From: Convolutriloba macropyga
Lineage: Eukaryota
Assembly (NCBI RefSeq): GCF_964194025.1
Contig: NC_134475.1
Location: 25,420,001 to 25,484,000, forward strand
DNA length: 64,000 nt
Reading direction: 5' to 3'
In this document: one piece after another, positions 1-12,900 of the stretch
Numbering within the stretch: the stretch's first letter is position 1
How the letters are laid out: each line of letters opens with the position of its first letter
The notes under the pieces: model-generated
Seen by the model: only the letters and a program-made list of their open reading frames with translations
Told to the model about the DNA's origin: nothing
Database searches by the model: none
Program-made: the position numbers and the translations under genes

Positions 1-2630
1 ATGGAGATTAAATGCTTAAAAAATATATTACTGATGATTAGGAGTATATGGGTCTGGGCGAAAGCATTGGCACGAGCATTTTTCATATTTTCCTTTTTTA
101 CAGGCCACCAACTGGCCGAGCAAATTTTTTTTATCTCAATGGAACGATATTTTTCAAGTACGGAGCAACGTGAAAACTTTATTGATCTTGGGTGACTTCA
201 ATGTGTAATATAATAAAAACCAAGATTCCTTCACAAAAACTCTAGTTTCTCTGCATCAGGAATTTGGTTTCCAGCAATTTGTAAAATTTCCCACCCATTC
301 AAAGGGCAATGTTTTATATTTAGTTTTTTCCACAGAAGATCGCATTCGTTCCACTTATCACTTGCGCTTAGAGCTTTCTGATCGCACCCCGATTGTTATT
401 GAAATGAACAAACTGATGGCGCGGAAGAAAATTTAATGAAATTTCGCTGTTACAATCAAGAGAAAATAAAGAAGTTTGTAGAGGGGTTTTCATTATTCAA
501 TTTTGACGATTCGGTCATACAGCCCAGTCAACACTTTGGCTTCGATGTGGTAATTGAAAAATTAAAGAATTTGAGGGAACATTACTTCCCAGAAAAAATC
601 GAGGTGGTTGACAGAGCATCAATGCAAGTTCTTTGACAACGAGTTGAGAAAACAGAGGAGGATATAAAGACGTGAAGAGGGAAAGTATGGATTGCCACCT
701 GCACTTGAGAGCAAACAAAATTTCAGACGCAAACCAAATAAACTTTATGCCTTGCTTAATGAAAAGCGTAAAAATTTCATTTTAGAAAAATTAACAAACG
801 TTAACAATAAACATTGTTGGAAGGCATTAAGAGATATTATTGGACAGCAAATTTGCAGAGATCTGCCTGATCACCTTGATGGTAAGAAAATGGCGGATGA
901 TTTTAACGATTTCTTCATCTATAAGACAGAAAACATACGACGAGCAATCGAAGAAACTTCTTTCATTTTGGAACGCGTACGGCCAAAGGAGTCTTTTTCT
1001 TATCTATTACGAGTGAAAAACAGCTCTCAGATGTGCTCATCGACCTCTCTGAAACTACTAGCCGATCCGTTGATCCTATTGATCCCGTTCCGACAAAAAT
1101 TTAGAAAAAACTTTATCTAGCTAAATTGAAACTCGTTTTATCAATGAGTCATTGACATTTGGTATTTATCCAGATGCCTTAAAGTTTTCGGTTATTCGTC
1201 CAATGAAGAAAAAACCTACCTTGGACAAAAACTTTCTATCCAAGTATCGCCCAGTGTCAAATATCATGTTTTTCTCCAAAGTGCTTGAAAAAGTTTTCCT
1301 TAAACAGTTGCAACTTTTTTTTGACACGCATGGTCTTAGTGATGGACGACAATCGCGCTATAAAGCCTACCATTCAACTGAGACAGCATTGTTAAGTATA
1401 CTGGATGACGTTTATCTTTGGCTCGATAAGTTTTATCTTTTGTTTGTAAGTTTTGGATATGCAAGCTGCTTTTGATACTGTTGACAGAAGTAGACTGTTA
1501 GACATCTTATCAAAATTTCTTTCTTTCGATAAGGCAGCGCTTTTTGGATTGAATCATATCTCTCTGCCCGCAAAAAATGTGTAATGATCAACGAATGTTA
1601 TTCAGAACATAAAGAAGTGTTTTACGGAGTCCCTCAAGGGTCCACTCTTGGCCCAGTACTTTTTTGTGTTTGTTCATTCCCTCTCAAGACCGTTCTAAAA
1701 CAATATAATTGCAATTACCATGTCTATGCAGACGACACATCGGTCTATGTGCGAATCAATGGTGATATTCTCAAGTCACTAGAACAACTTTCAACTATAT
1801 TGAGTGGCGTAAAAAAAGTGGTTCAATTGGATGTTTCTCAAACTGAATACCGAAAAAACTGAAATCATGATTATTCGTTCAAAGAAATCAAATATCAGTG
1901 TACCTGATTCCACAGTTTTGCTGGACAGTGAAATAAAGAGTTCTGATAAATTGAAAATGCCCCGAGTTTTTTTCGACTGTCACCTTACAATGGTACTTCA
2001 CGTGAATAATATTATAGCCATTTGTTATTCTCAGTTCAAACGTTTGTGGTCCATTTGAAATTTTTTTCAATCGCTTTGTGTAAAACATTAGTGCTGGCAA
2101 TGGTTACATCTCGTCTTGATTACTGTAATTCTTTACTTTTCAATCTACCTCAGAACCTCGCAGCGAAACTTGATAGAGTGCAAACTGCATGCATCAAATT
2201 TATTTACAAAGTTCCACGAATTTTCTCCAAGCATGTCTAAATGCAAGAGTTACACTGGCTCCCAGTTGCGTATCGAGTGAAATTCAAATTTTTGACTTTT
2301 ATGTTTAGAGTTTTCACAGACATGCCGGTGCCATTATACATGAAAGAAATGTTTCGCAGATCAATTCAGAGCCGATCAAGTGGCAATGCCACTGGAAACA
2401 ATTTTGAAGCCCCCAGAACACGCAAAAGCTATGGAGATCGAGCAATTTCTTCATGTGGGCCCAAACTTTGGAATAGCATTCCTCTAGAATTGAAAAACTG
2501 CTGTTCCCTGCTAATTTTCAAGAAAAATCTGAAAACGCATTTTTTCAGACTGCTATATTGTTAATTATCTGTACACACTTTTGAGCATTATCATAAATGT
2601 AAAGAGTGTATAATTTAAAAAGAAAAAAGA
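1..2630 (+). mobile_element. Decayed L2/CR1-group LINE ORF2 (APE endonuclease end + RT + C-terminal domain), frameshifted
   Basis: APE motifs LILGDFNV (~182-205), PTHSKGN..LVF and LSD; RT motifs YRPVSNIMFFSKVLEK, HSTETALL, YGVPQGSTLGPVLF, YADDT, LKLNTEKTE; L2-type C-terminus SRLDYCNSLL, LHWLPV..RVKFK, GPKLWNSIP..FKKNLKTHFF spread over consecutive ORFs. Confidence 0.88.
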
Positions 2631-2719
2631 CACGCACTTTAGAGTTCTCATTGTCAAAATTTGACAAATGGGCAAATGGGTTACTGTTTAGTCTCAAAAG
2701 AAAGATGTCCCCGGAATGA

Positions 2720-3250
2720 AAAGCGTACATTTTACTTGATCTCTCTAAATAGCGTCCCCTGTCTGTTCCGACTTGGACGCAACTTCATCACAATCTAAAG
2801 AACCAACATCCAACAAATAGAAATCTTCCACAAAAGAAGTAATAGCATGCACAACAGGAATGAAGTCATACTACTCGAGCCACTTGAAAATGCTGAACAA
2901 ACTCCCTCTCCCAATTTACTTTGAACTCTACAAACTGCGACATTTCACGGTACCAATCCATAATGAGGAGACAGAGATTAGGCTATCTGAATTATGATCT
3001 TGTATTGAATGTACGATCATGAATTACGATAATACCATGTAGACACCCGATTTGCTTTGAAACGACCCAAACAAGGACCAAGCAATGCGAATTTATTTTT
3101 TTTTAAAAAAATATGGCGGCCCAGTGGATCGAAGAACGAAACACGTCAGTTTTGTAAAACTGATAGCAATTGAGGTCCCTCAATTATGAAAAAAAGAACC
3201 GTGGAAAAGTCACTTGAGAAGTTGCAGAATTTTCGAGGACAAAAGTATCA
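2720..3250 (+). mobile_element. Highly degraded 3' fragment of a CR1-like LINE
   Basis: Translation YSSHLKMLNKLPLPIYFELYKL (~2872-2937) resembles the LLPLPMYYQHNDLLLL segment of the CR1-like fragment at 50603-50926. Confidence 0.35.
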
Positions 3251-4491
3251 GAATGCAAGCGAAACTATGCATAAAAACACACGTTTACAACATTTGCTTC
3301 AATGTTCGTTTGAGAGCTATTAAAAAAATGGGAAGGGGAATGGAAGTTATGTATTTATAATTTTGCCCTAGGTCTAAGCACAGTTTTGTAAACTCAAACG
3401 ACCAATTTACAAACCCAAGTTTTTTGCTTTCAAAGTCGTAGTTGTAGGAAAAAATAATATGCATAAACACAAACTGACGAGATAAACTGCTTTCGAATGA
3501 CATTCGGGTCAATTTAGCTTAGATGAGGTGTAGTTTAGAATTTTTCAAGGGAGAAAAACTAATTCTGGAAAGTTACACCCGTGACAATTAGCTATACAGG
3601 CTTTGCTACTTTCTCGAGTAGAATCACCTCTATGTGGGCAACAGATTTTATTACCGAATGAAACCGACGATTTCTTATGTTTGAAATTAAAACAAAATTC
3701 TCAATTCTCCAGGTTGACCGCAACATCTCCGTATACGACAAGTAAGATAGCCATAGAATCGCGGAAGCCAATTCATTCGTTTTTGGAACTTTCGACGATA
3801 AAGCCTAGGCAATATTTTAGGTTTCCCCGAAACCACAAATTAATGGAAACTTGGATTCAAATACGTACTCCAGAGCATCCGTCACAAAATTGCATTATGT
3901 CAAATCGCAATCCAAACTTAAAGGTTATTTTCACAAACATTGTGATCAGTATGTGATCAAATAGTACGTGCGTTTGGGGGTGTGCTCTCGAGAGCTAAAA
4001 AAAGTGCCAACAATATTATTATCAAAAAACTGCAAATTGTATAGCACGTTTGTAACGGCTGCTTTCCTATCAAAGTGAAGGAAAACTTTACACCGCCCAG
4101 TTCGTTTCAGCTGTTTCAAATCTGTCCGGATATTGTGTTTTTGCAGTCAATTTTTGTGAACTGTATTATCCGCTCAACTGTAGAAAGCCGTTGCATTACT
4201 TAACACTCAATAATTTCAAATAATTACTCGTTCAGCTTTGCTGAATGACAAATAATTTTTCTTCAATTAAGCAAAAGTCCGAAAATTCAAATAACCAATT
4301 AGTCTCAAATTGGAGGTTTTTTTTTATGATATCTTCTTAACCATAAATGCTAATGAGCTCAAATTTCACAGGATGATGAACGTTAAGTAGGCCTACTATC
4401 TGATGTAAAAATAAGCAACGCTTGGTAAACTGCGTTGGTGAGGCTACCTATTATATGATACACCAAATCTTAATACATGAGCAAAAATTTC

Positions 4492-4618
4492 GGGTCTATC
4501 CCATTATAGCCCCCCCCCCCCAGCTTAGTGGTCAGATAACCTATAGCCCCCCAATCATGGTAAATATACCATAATGGGGGGCTATATTTTTATGGGGGGG
4601 CTAAAATGGGAAAGACCC
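4492..4618. mobile_element. MITE family A, copy 1 (~127 bp, ~24-bp TIRs with C/G runs)
   Basis: Starts GGGTCTATCCCATTATAGCCCCCC, ends GGGGGGCTAAAATGGGAAAGACCC; related copies at 6832-6942 and 8407-8525. Confidence 0.75.
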
Positions 4619-6398
4619 AAAATTTCAATGTTAAATAACTCTGAAAATAATGATTCAAAATTCAGCAGACTTGGCAGTGCACTTCACTGTCATACAAGTA
4701 ATTAAGCAAAAAAGAAATTACCTGAATCGGTTGAATTGTCTTCGAGAAATAACACAACATTTTTTACCTCAGAATCAAATATTCTGAGTTAATTTAATCA
4801 AAAAATGTTGTTTCTCATTTAACTTAGGAGTTTTGTTCCTCAGAAGGAAAGTTTTGAGAATATCAAAGTTAATTCTCTTTTCAACAAGTCGAAGTTAAGT
4901 TAAAACTGTGCGATCACTAATATGTTTTACAGAAACAAGACACGATAACAAGTTATTTACCGCTCAAAGTGTGCTTCAAAACGCACGGTATGTCAGCTTA
5001 ATATAACCAAATAAAAGAGTTTTAACTGATTTTTGGTAGTTTCTCAAGCTCTGTTTATACTGCTAGTCACGTGAATTTACATGTCAAATTAAACTGTTGA
5101 TTAGTTGTAGATAATAATGTCGACAGAATGTGAACTCTTTTCTATAACGTCATTTTTTCAGTGTAATATTGATGTCATGGGAAGTTTGTTAAATATGTAG
5201 AAGTTTTGTCGAATATTTTGGGTCAAAAACAGGTTGATTCGCAATCCAGTCTCAAAGAATCTGATGCAATTTAGTAATGAATTTAGTCTTTTCTTCCAAT
5301 TAAATCTTCAAATAGAAATTCTACGACTTCAGTGCAATAGTCATAGCTGTTGGGGATAGTAAACTCCGAAATTTTCTATTCAGTATTCGCCAGATTCAGG
5401 GAGAGAAAAACTAAAGCTATTTTAAGCTTTTCACGCAAATGTCTCTCAGTTGTTTTTGTGCATGATTGGCAATTTGATTTGCAGATAGTGACGGTAATTC
5501 CGGTTTGAGTTTCAGTTTAACTTCATGTTTGATAATTGCGCACTAATAATAGTTACTAAATATAAATGTTGAACAAAATGAAAAAATCCGTATGCCTTCA
5601 GTAAAATGTAGCATTAAATTTTGCTCTTTATGCTATTCTAGCTTTAATGCACGAAAAATACTTGAAACGCTATTCAGTTTGGTTATTGAGTTAGTAAGCT
5701 CAGCCACAACATTACTATGAGGGACAAAAAATCATGCGGTTGATGCTTTTAAGTTGTGCGCTGATGTGACGTCCGCAGGTTCCTGCAAATGTTGCAGTCG
5801 CAGATAAACGCACCGGGCTGACCACTACGAGTTCTTCAGGAGGGAGCCTGCATTTATCAAGTGCTGGTTATTATGCCCAGAAAAAAAAACAAGAATAACT
5901 ATTCAGACTGTTCAGAGTACTTCAATTGTTAAATATGGTGTGAGCCTGGCATGTAATGCCCAATCCGGATTGAAGCAGGTTCAAAACAGAATGTTCTTGG
6001 GCTGGCAATAATTGTGCAATAATGTTAATTAGGCTGATCATTGCATGATAATAGTAATGGATAGATCAAAATCAGGTTAAAATCAGAAGTGCAAATTTAC
6101 TCTGAAATAAAAACTGATTAGTGTTTATTTTCACATGAACATAGAATGTACAATTGTAAAAATGACTGTATACAGTTCTTGATTTAGACTGGTTAAGTAT
6201 TGAAATATTCTGAGGGGTCAGCCCGGGGGATTATATACTTCTGAAAATCTTTCGACTATTTTTGCTTCAACTATTTTTCCCATGATGTTCTTTTTTAGTA
6301 TAATGGGGATATGTTAAGGTGTACTTATAATATATTTATTACGGGAAATGGGGGCTATCTTATGACCAATAAAGCTTGGAGGGCTATAATGGAAAAAA

Positions 6399-6570
6399 GA
6401 TCTTTTCCCTTTGTGCCCCCCCCCGTACGTTTTGCGCCCCCCCCCAACTTACAGAGCACGTGCCATTACATAGTAAATCATTAAGTACAAATATGGCACG
6501 CGCGTCTGTGGGGTGCAAATAACATGAGCCAACTAAGCTGGGGGGGGGGGGGCACAAATGAAAAAGATCC
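6399..6570. mobile_element. MITE family B, copy 1
   Basis: TIRs GATCTTTTCCCTTTGTGCCCCCC / GGGGGGCACAAATGAAAAAGATCC; second copy at 7968-8175. Confidence 0.75.
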
Positions 6571-6831
6571 GGAAAATATATGTTTGACGCACACAAAGCT
6601 ATGTGAGTTAGAAATTAAATCCGATTTACAAGTACTGCCAAATACATCAAACCTTCATATGTTATACGTTATATGACCACTGAACTGGGGGGGGGGGGGG
6701 GGGGTGTTCTGGTCAAATTTTTTTCAATCTTTGTGTGTTACACAAAACTTAAGTCAAGTCCAAAAATCTTATTTTACTGTTTACAGAAATACGGAGAACA
6801 AATCCCAAGAATCACAAAAATAAAGAGAATT

Positions 6832-6942
6832 CGGTACTTTCCCATTATAGCCCCCCATGGAATATTTACCATGATTGAGGTGGGCTATGAGTTATCTGAC
6901 CACTAAGCTGGGTGGGGGGGGGGCTATAATGGGAAAGACCCG
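6832..6942. mobile_element. MITE family A, copy 2 (inverted relative to copy 1)
   Basis: CTTTCCCATTATAGCCCCCC ... GGGGGGCTATAATGGGAAAGACCCG; internal GTTATCTGACCACTAAGCTG is the reverse complement of the copy 1 internal sequence. Confidence 0.75.
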
Positions 6943-7446
6943 AGACTTTCAGTACTCACTGACGGTAGAAAGGCAGTGCATTTGATCAACATTTTTGATT
7001 TACAATTCAAAGAGCGATAATATTGAGACACGTGCTCAAAAGACAAATGATCGTGCGCCAAATTGGTCGACTGCGAGTTTAGGTAACAAGCAAAAAATGA
7101 ATTCTAGGCGACGACGTGATAACAAAACAATTTCTGCGACCGTAACACTTCAATTGCCCTAAATCAACATCGCATAAACTAGCCACATTTCCAATGAATA
7201 GCGCAACGAACCTATCCATGAGTTAGCGCAGCACCTAAAAGGGGATCTTTCCTATTACAGCCCTCATGAAATTAGCGCCTAATTTTGGCATTGGGGGCTC
7301 TAGTCCCTCCCCCCGCTCCCCCCAGAGGGAATCGCGCGTAGAACGTCTCCAATGACATGAAATAGGCGTTAATTTTATTAGCCCTATAATGAGAAACAGT
7401 ATTTATTGGGTGTTGCGCCAACCCATGGATATGCGTTTCATTAGTT

Positions 7447-7897
7447 CCCGGGACGCGGTTTCACCCTTAATCCACTAGCGGGGTTTAGGGTGTAAAGCGT
7501 ATTCCACTCCTATTTATCGGAGAAGAGTGGAAGAGTGCAATTTTAACACTGTTTTTACACACTTTTCTCCACTCTTTGCAAAGAGTGTAATCTAGGGTGG
7601 ACTCATAAAAAATTACACTCATACACAATTACCAATATAACCAAACTGAAACTGCAAACTCAAGTATAATTTGGCACAACTGTTAATGCACAAAGTCAAG
7701 GAAATATGTTCGACAGAAGGATGATGGGGGATCAAACATCACTACCTCCTTCCATTTTCCATTTTTCTTTTTTAAAATTACACTCTGATAATTACACTCT
7801 TCCACCCTTAATTAAGCGGAGAAATAGGGGTGTTTTTTTTTATTTTTACACTCTTTACACTCTTTTCGTTGTTTTTGGGTAAAAACCTCGACCCGAG
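7447..7897. mobile_element. Non-autonomous DNA transposon with CCCGGG-type TIRs and subterminal repeats (CACTA/EnSpm-like)
   Basis: Left end CCCGGGACGCGGTTT matches the reverse complement of right end AAACCTCGACCCGAG at 12/15; internal TTACACTC/GAGTG repeats; the same CCTCGACCCG end occurs at 31785-31796. Confidence 0.5.
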
Positions 7898-7967
7898 CTA
7901 CACTTCCTAGTTGATATTTAGCATGATGTTTTTCCCCTGCCCGCTGAATAATATGATAACAACAATT

Positions 7968-8175
7968 GGATCTTTTCCGTTTGTGCCCCCACCCCCGTAC
8001 GTTTTGCCCCCCCCCCCCCCCCCCGTACGTTTTGCCCCCCCCCCCCCCCCAGCTACAGAGCACGTGGCATTACATAGTAAATCATTATGTAAAAATATGA
8101 CACGTGTGTCTGGGGGGAACAAATATTATGTGCCCACTAAGCTGGAGGGGGGGGGGGACAAACGTTAAAAATCCC
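7968..8175. mobile_element. MITE family B, copy 2
   Basis: GGATCTTTTCCGTTTGTGCCCCC ... GGGGGGACAAACGTTAAAAATCC; shared internal ACAGAGCACGTG.CATTACATAGTAAATCATT; duplicated CCCCGTACGTTTTG unit. Confidence 0.75.
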
Positions 8176-8406
8176 AACAATTTAATATGATTTTTCTACC
8201 CCGTATTTAATGATGACTTCTAATGGTGTGTTGAGGCTGTTTTCTTTTCAACCCAAAATCAAAGAACTCTCAATTTTAGCGAACCCACTTAATTCAGGTG
8301 TCAGCTTTTGGAAAATGATTAAAGCTCCTCAGCTTTGTTCTCTTTTGATCATTTCTCAACATATGTTCTAAATTCTTCAGGGCTTAAGTCTTTCAATTGA
8401 AAAATT

Positions 8407-8525
8407 CAGTCTTTCCCAATACAGCCCCCTCCATCTTAGTGGCTAGAAAACCTATACCCCCATCATGGTAAATATACCATAATGGGTGGATATAATTTCA
8501 TGGGGGCTATTATGGGAAAGACCCG
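8407..8525. mobile_element. MITE family A, copy 3
   Basis: GTCTTTCCCAATACAGCCCCC ... GGGGGCTATTATGGGAAAGACCCG; shared ATCATGGTAAATATACCATAATGGG core. Confidence 0.7.
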
Positions 8526-9699
8526 AAAATTCTTCAATTTCTATGAAAATTTGTTCCAGGAAATTGCTCTGATTATTATTTGGAGAGAATCTCTGGCTTT
8601 TTTCGAATTGGACCAAATCTTCCGTTTTTGCATGCAAATGAGATAACTAAATCTGCATTTCAATTAAAACAAGCTTTAGAAAATAAAAGTTTCCGTGTAA
8701 GACCAAAATGACATCTGATCAGACTTTCCTGCGACCCAATTATTAGTGTTATTTTTGTTCGACTTTCACGTGAACATATTTGTAGTGCAATTTTAGTTCA
8801 AGCAAGACCTGGTGCCACCTTCGTGTGACCCAAATTTCAGTACACGTAGGTTGAAAAGGAAAGATCTAATAATGAGTGGGTATCAATAGTATTTTTTATC
8901 GAGTCAAAGAGCGGTTTGAACCAAACAAAATTCCTTGTGCCAACTCCCCATTGTTTCTATAGAGTCTAAATCATCCAGACTTTTTATATAGATTACCTAG
9001 CAGAAAAGTTATTGTTTTCATTCTTTTTCTCTTTGCTGCATTTTTTTTTGAAACAAAAAGTGTTTTGATTGGGTCGAGCAGCTATTTAAGAAAACGAATT
9101 TTCTGTGTGAGCTTCTCATTGCATGCATAGAGTCAAAATCAACGGGAATTTTGGTTTTCTATCTAGCTTAAATGGCCCAGAGTTTAGCTTTGTCATTCCT
9201 TTTTTTTTGTTGATGGGCTAATAAACGTTTTGAAAAATGGTATCCTTCATTGAGTCAAGGAGATGCTGAAAAGGATCCAAAATTAATTTTGGAGGCTCCC
9301 CACTGTATGCAGAGTCTTTGTCATCACAAATTGTTCATTTGACCCTCGCCCAGATTTTCGTGCGACAATTGTCTAGACTTTTGTGTGACTATAATATTTT
9401 CCAGACCCTGTAACTATCCTGTAACGACCCCACATTTTAGTTCTCGGGTGTTTCAGAGCGTCCTGCCGGCTTTTTTTTTACTTAGGGAGTTGTTTGGAAG
9501 GCTGTCAGCTATTGAACTGCTGGGCCCTGATGAATTTAGCTACTTCGAAAATTTGAACTGTTTTCTTTTTCACAGAATTTTCAACAGATTTGTTCTATCG
9601 TATAAGCAAACTTCAAGGGTCAATGAAATATTGTACGAAGTACAAAGAAAGCTCCTGTTACTGTCTTTTACTGTGTTTCTTTGAAGTTCATAGAAAGCT

Positions 9700-12600
9700 C
9701 CTGTAAAGCCCTGGAAAATTATTATTCATTTTTTATTGATTCTATCAATTGAGCATATATTCAATTTTAAAAAAGAGTCTTTTAGAGTTCAGAAAAAAAT
9801 TAAAACAAAGCGTTGCCAGGTTTTTGAAATCTGGTTTCCTTGTTTAACAATTGAAATTTCTGTCTAATCCCTATTTACCTAAGCGGAATTAACTTAAGGG
9901 TAATTTGAATTTGGTTTTGTAATTTGAGTTATCATAACAACTCGAGCACATTGTGGTTTCTTTTAACTATTGTTATAGATATTTCGAGAAAAACAAAATA
10001 GTTGATTGACAAAACTCGATGACCAGTTTTACGACAAATAAAAAAAGCAGCGCACTCTACGATAACCCGTATTAAAATTCCATAGAGTTGAACTGCATTG
10101 AATCAATAGGACAGATTTTGAACAATTAAAACAAGCTGCCAGGCGTAAAATTTTCCCGGAGATGAGTTGAAGAACAGCTTCAACTTTTGGTCCTCTGACC
10201 TCAACAAGAGACAGACAAAATCTATTTCACAACAAAACTGGGGAAAAGAAGATAATAGAACCAGTAACAGAAGCCATTGGGGCTAATACAAAAATCACCG
10301 CAAATTTTTAGCATCGAACACGAAAATATTCAGTGTGGCAAAATTCAGTTTTTGGATTTTGAATCTCTCACAAGTTAGCTGCCGTCGACAACAATGACAA
10401 CAACAGACGAGCCTGAAAGACTACAGAAAACCTATGATTATGATGGAAGCGTTTGATGTTAGCGTATAAGTTGACGTATGAGCACTAGCCAAAACGCATA
10501 AACAGCGATATCTACCGGTTTTTGAACTGATAGCAAACAATCTTCCATAAGAGGAACAAGTTATCAGAGAACTGTACAAACAATTTTTAAAAATATTTTG
10601 AAAAATTCACACTAAGTGAAGTCTTGCTGGCTATAAAACAGACAAGTTCTGAAATCAATCAATCAAGATAAAGGTTATTTATCATCAGACCTTTCTTGGT
10701 TTTGGAAAAATAAGCCGTGTCACCAACGTGTAGTAGTTAAAGAGCAAAGTAAAGCTGGTAAACTTATTATAAAACAAGGAGGCTCGGTAATGTGCGTACG
10801 CACATAAGGTTCCGACCCAGCTCATCCACATTCCTGACTTAATTGGCTACCAAATGATGAAGAGATAGAAAACTTTCAAAGCATACATATCGTTCCATAA
10901 AAAAACCAATGAAATACAATAATGCCACCCTAAAGTGCCAATGAACGTTGTTGATAATAGGAATACTAGAAAAAACAATAATAAATATCGAACAACAAAC
11001 ATTATTTACGACCAAAACTCGATGTCTATAATAAAAAGAAATCATAAGAAAATTAAACTCGCATCAGATAAAACCTAAACAAAAACCTTAACCTTTACTT
11101 CATTAGAAAAAATACGCGACCTGTCCTCAATGCAACTGATTAACAGGTCGAGAAAAAAGAGAAAAGAGGTGCGAATTTAAAAAAACAGGTCTCTATTTTT
11201 GAAACCAATTAATTTCACAGTTATTAGATATCAACTGGAATCTCTAAAATGCTAATTTATATCTCCATAGGAAGTAACTGAGACTGGTCAATATCCAATG
11301 TTCAATTGCACAGAATTGCAAAGCCAAAGGGTTCTACGACTAATGTTATTAAATTAAAAAAAAAGAAAACAAAACTGCTATAAAATCTGAAAAAAATCTC
11401 AAATATTTTGTGAAATCTCGTAGTGACAGTAGTAACAAAGCCGAGAAGCAAATGTTTGAAGCTTAAACTGTTATGAAAATTAATTTATAGTTCACTAGAA
11501 ACGGTTTGCAATCTGTGTTTACAGAAATTAAGCTAAAAATTGACCGAAAAACTTTTAAAAAAACGACAAATCTCAAAAACTCAAATGTTTTTTTGAAAAC
11601 AAAATGTTTTCAAAATTCATAACAGACTTCAGATTTCAACAAATGGCAATGAATTAATATGCAAAACTTCAGGAAGCCTCTTGGGATTGTTAAAAAAAGA
11701 CTAAGCTGCAACCCCACAAAAACAACAAATATATCACGAAGCCAAAACATCAAACAATTTTACGAGATGACACTTTTCAAGGCAATATAATCATAAGATT
11801 TCACCTGCAAGAACTGTATATAGTCAATTTTTCCTCATTTTAATCTCAATGAATCTTCCGTATAGAAGGGCTACGTTGACATGACAATAAAAAATACCCA
11901 AAAATTGAGCAATACAGAAATCTCGAAAACCTTTTTGAAACTGATAGTCGAAGCAATCAGTCACAACGTATAACACAGCACAAAAACAAATTCAATCAAC
12001 AAAAAAAATGAGTTTTAATAAGTAAGATTGAGTTAAATGGTTACGAAAATGAAAGCAATAATAATACAGTTTTTTGAATTAAGTTTTTTGAATAAAGTTA
12101 GGTACAATAGAATTTTTTTTTTGAATTTCATTTTCTTATTAAATTCATTATAACAAACAGCTACAAACAAAAATCTTCAACTAAGTTGAGTTATACAACT
12201 TGAAGGGGAAACAATTGAGACCTAACTTTATCAGGTGTATGGCGTACAACAACAAAAAGAAAGACAGACATAGGCAGAAACAAAAAAACCTAAAAATTTT
12301 GCGAGATAAATGTGTCTCAGCCCAAAAAGCATGAAATATATAACAAAAACAATTAATATATCCAAAAACGCCTTCTTCTAACGCTGTTCATTTTCTCTAT
12401 TATGTGTCTTTCAGTTGGATTTGTCAATAATGTGATAAATCGACAAGGAAGCAAATGAAATCATTAAATATGCAATTATGCTCAAAAATAAAAAAATTAA
12501 AACAAGTAGTATCAAAACAAAGAGACCATTAGTTGAGCATAAAACTGTTACGGACATTGTTTTATAACCCACGAGAAATTGGTTTCTGCCTGTTTTTACT

Positions 12601-12900
12601 GAGATTGAGCACGAAGTTGGAGAAATAGGAGGAAATTTTGGCAAAGTTAAAAAAAAACCGATATTATCTTAAAACAAATATTTTCAAAGTCATAGCAGAC
12701 ATTTGGTAGCAACTAAGAAAATTGTCAAGGTTCAATTATACCTCCTAAAAGTTACTTGATCTTTCAATGGGGACAATAAATCAGTGGGCTACAAAAGAGA
12801 TAACAAAAAGATAAATTAAAATTCAAGAAGTACATAAAATTTTTTTTCAATAAACAATTGGTCAGAGCCATAAAAATCATGAGCTTAACTCTGAAACTGT
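9700..12900 (+). other. Strongly A-biased degraded coding-like tract, possibly a Polinton/adintovirus-like remnant
   Basis: Persistent A-rich strand bias and short peptide remnants (e.g. KPINFTVI near 11202); no intact ORF; the assignment is an impression only. Confidence 0.2.

Noticed and set aside
7812-8168. Gly-rich and Pro-rich ORFs
   Set aside because: Translations of MITE poly-G/poly-C runs.
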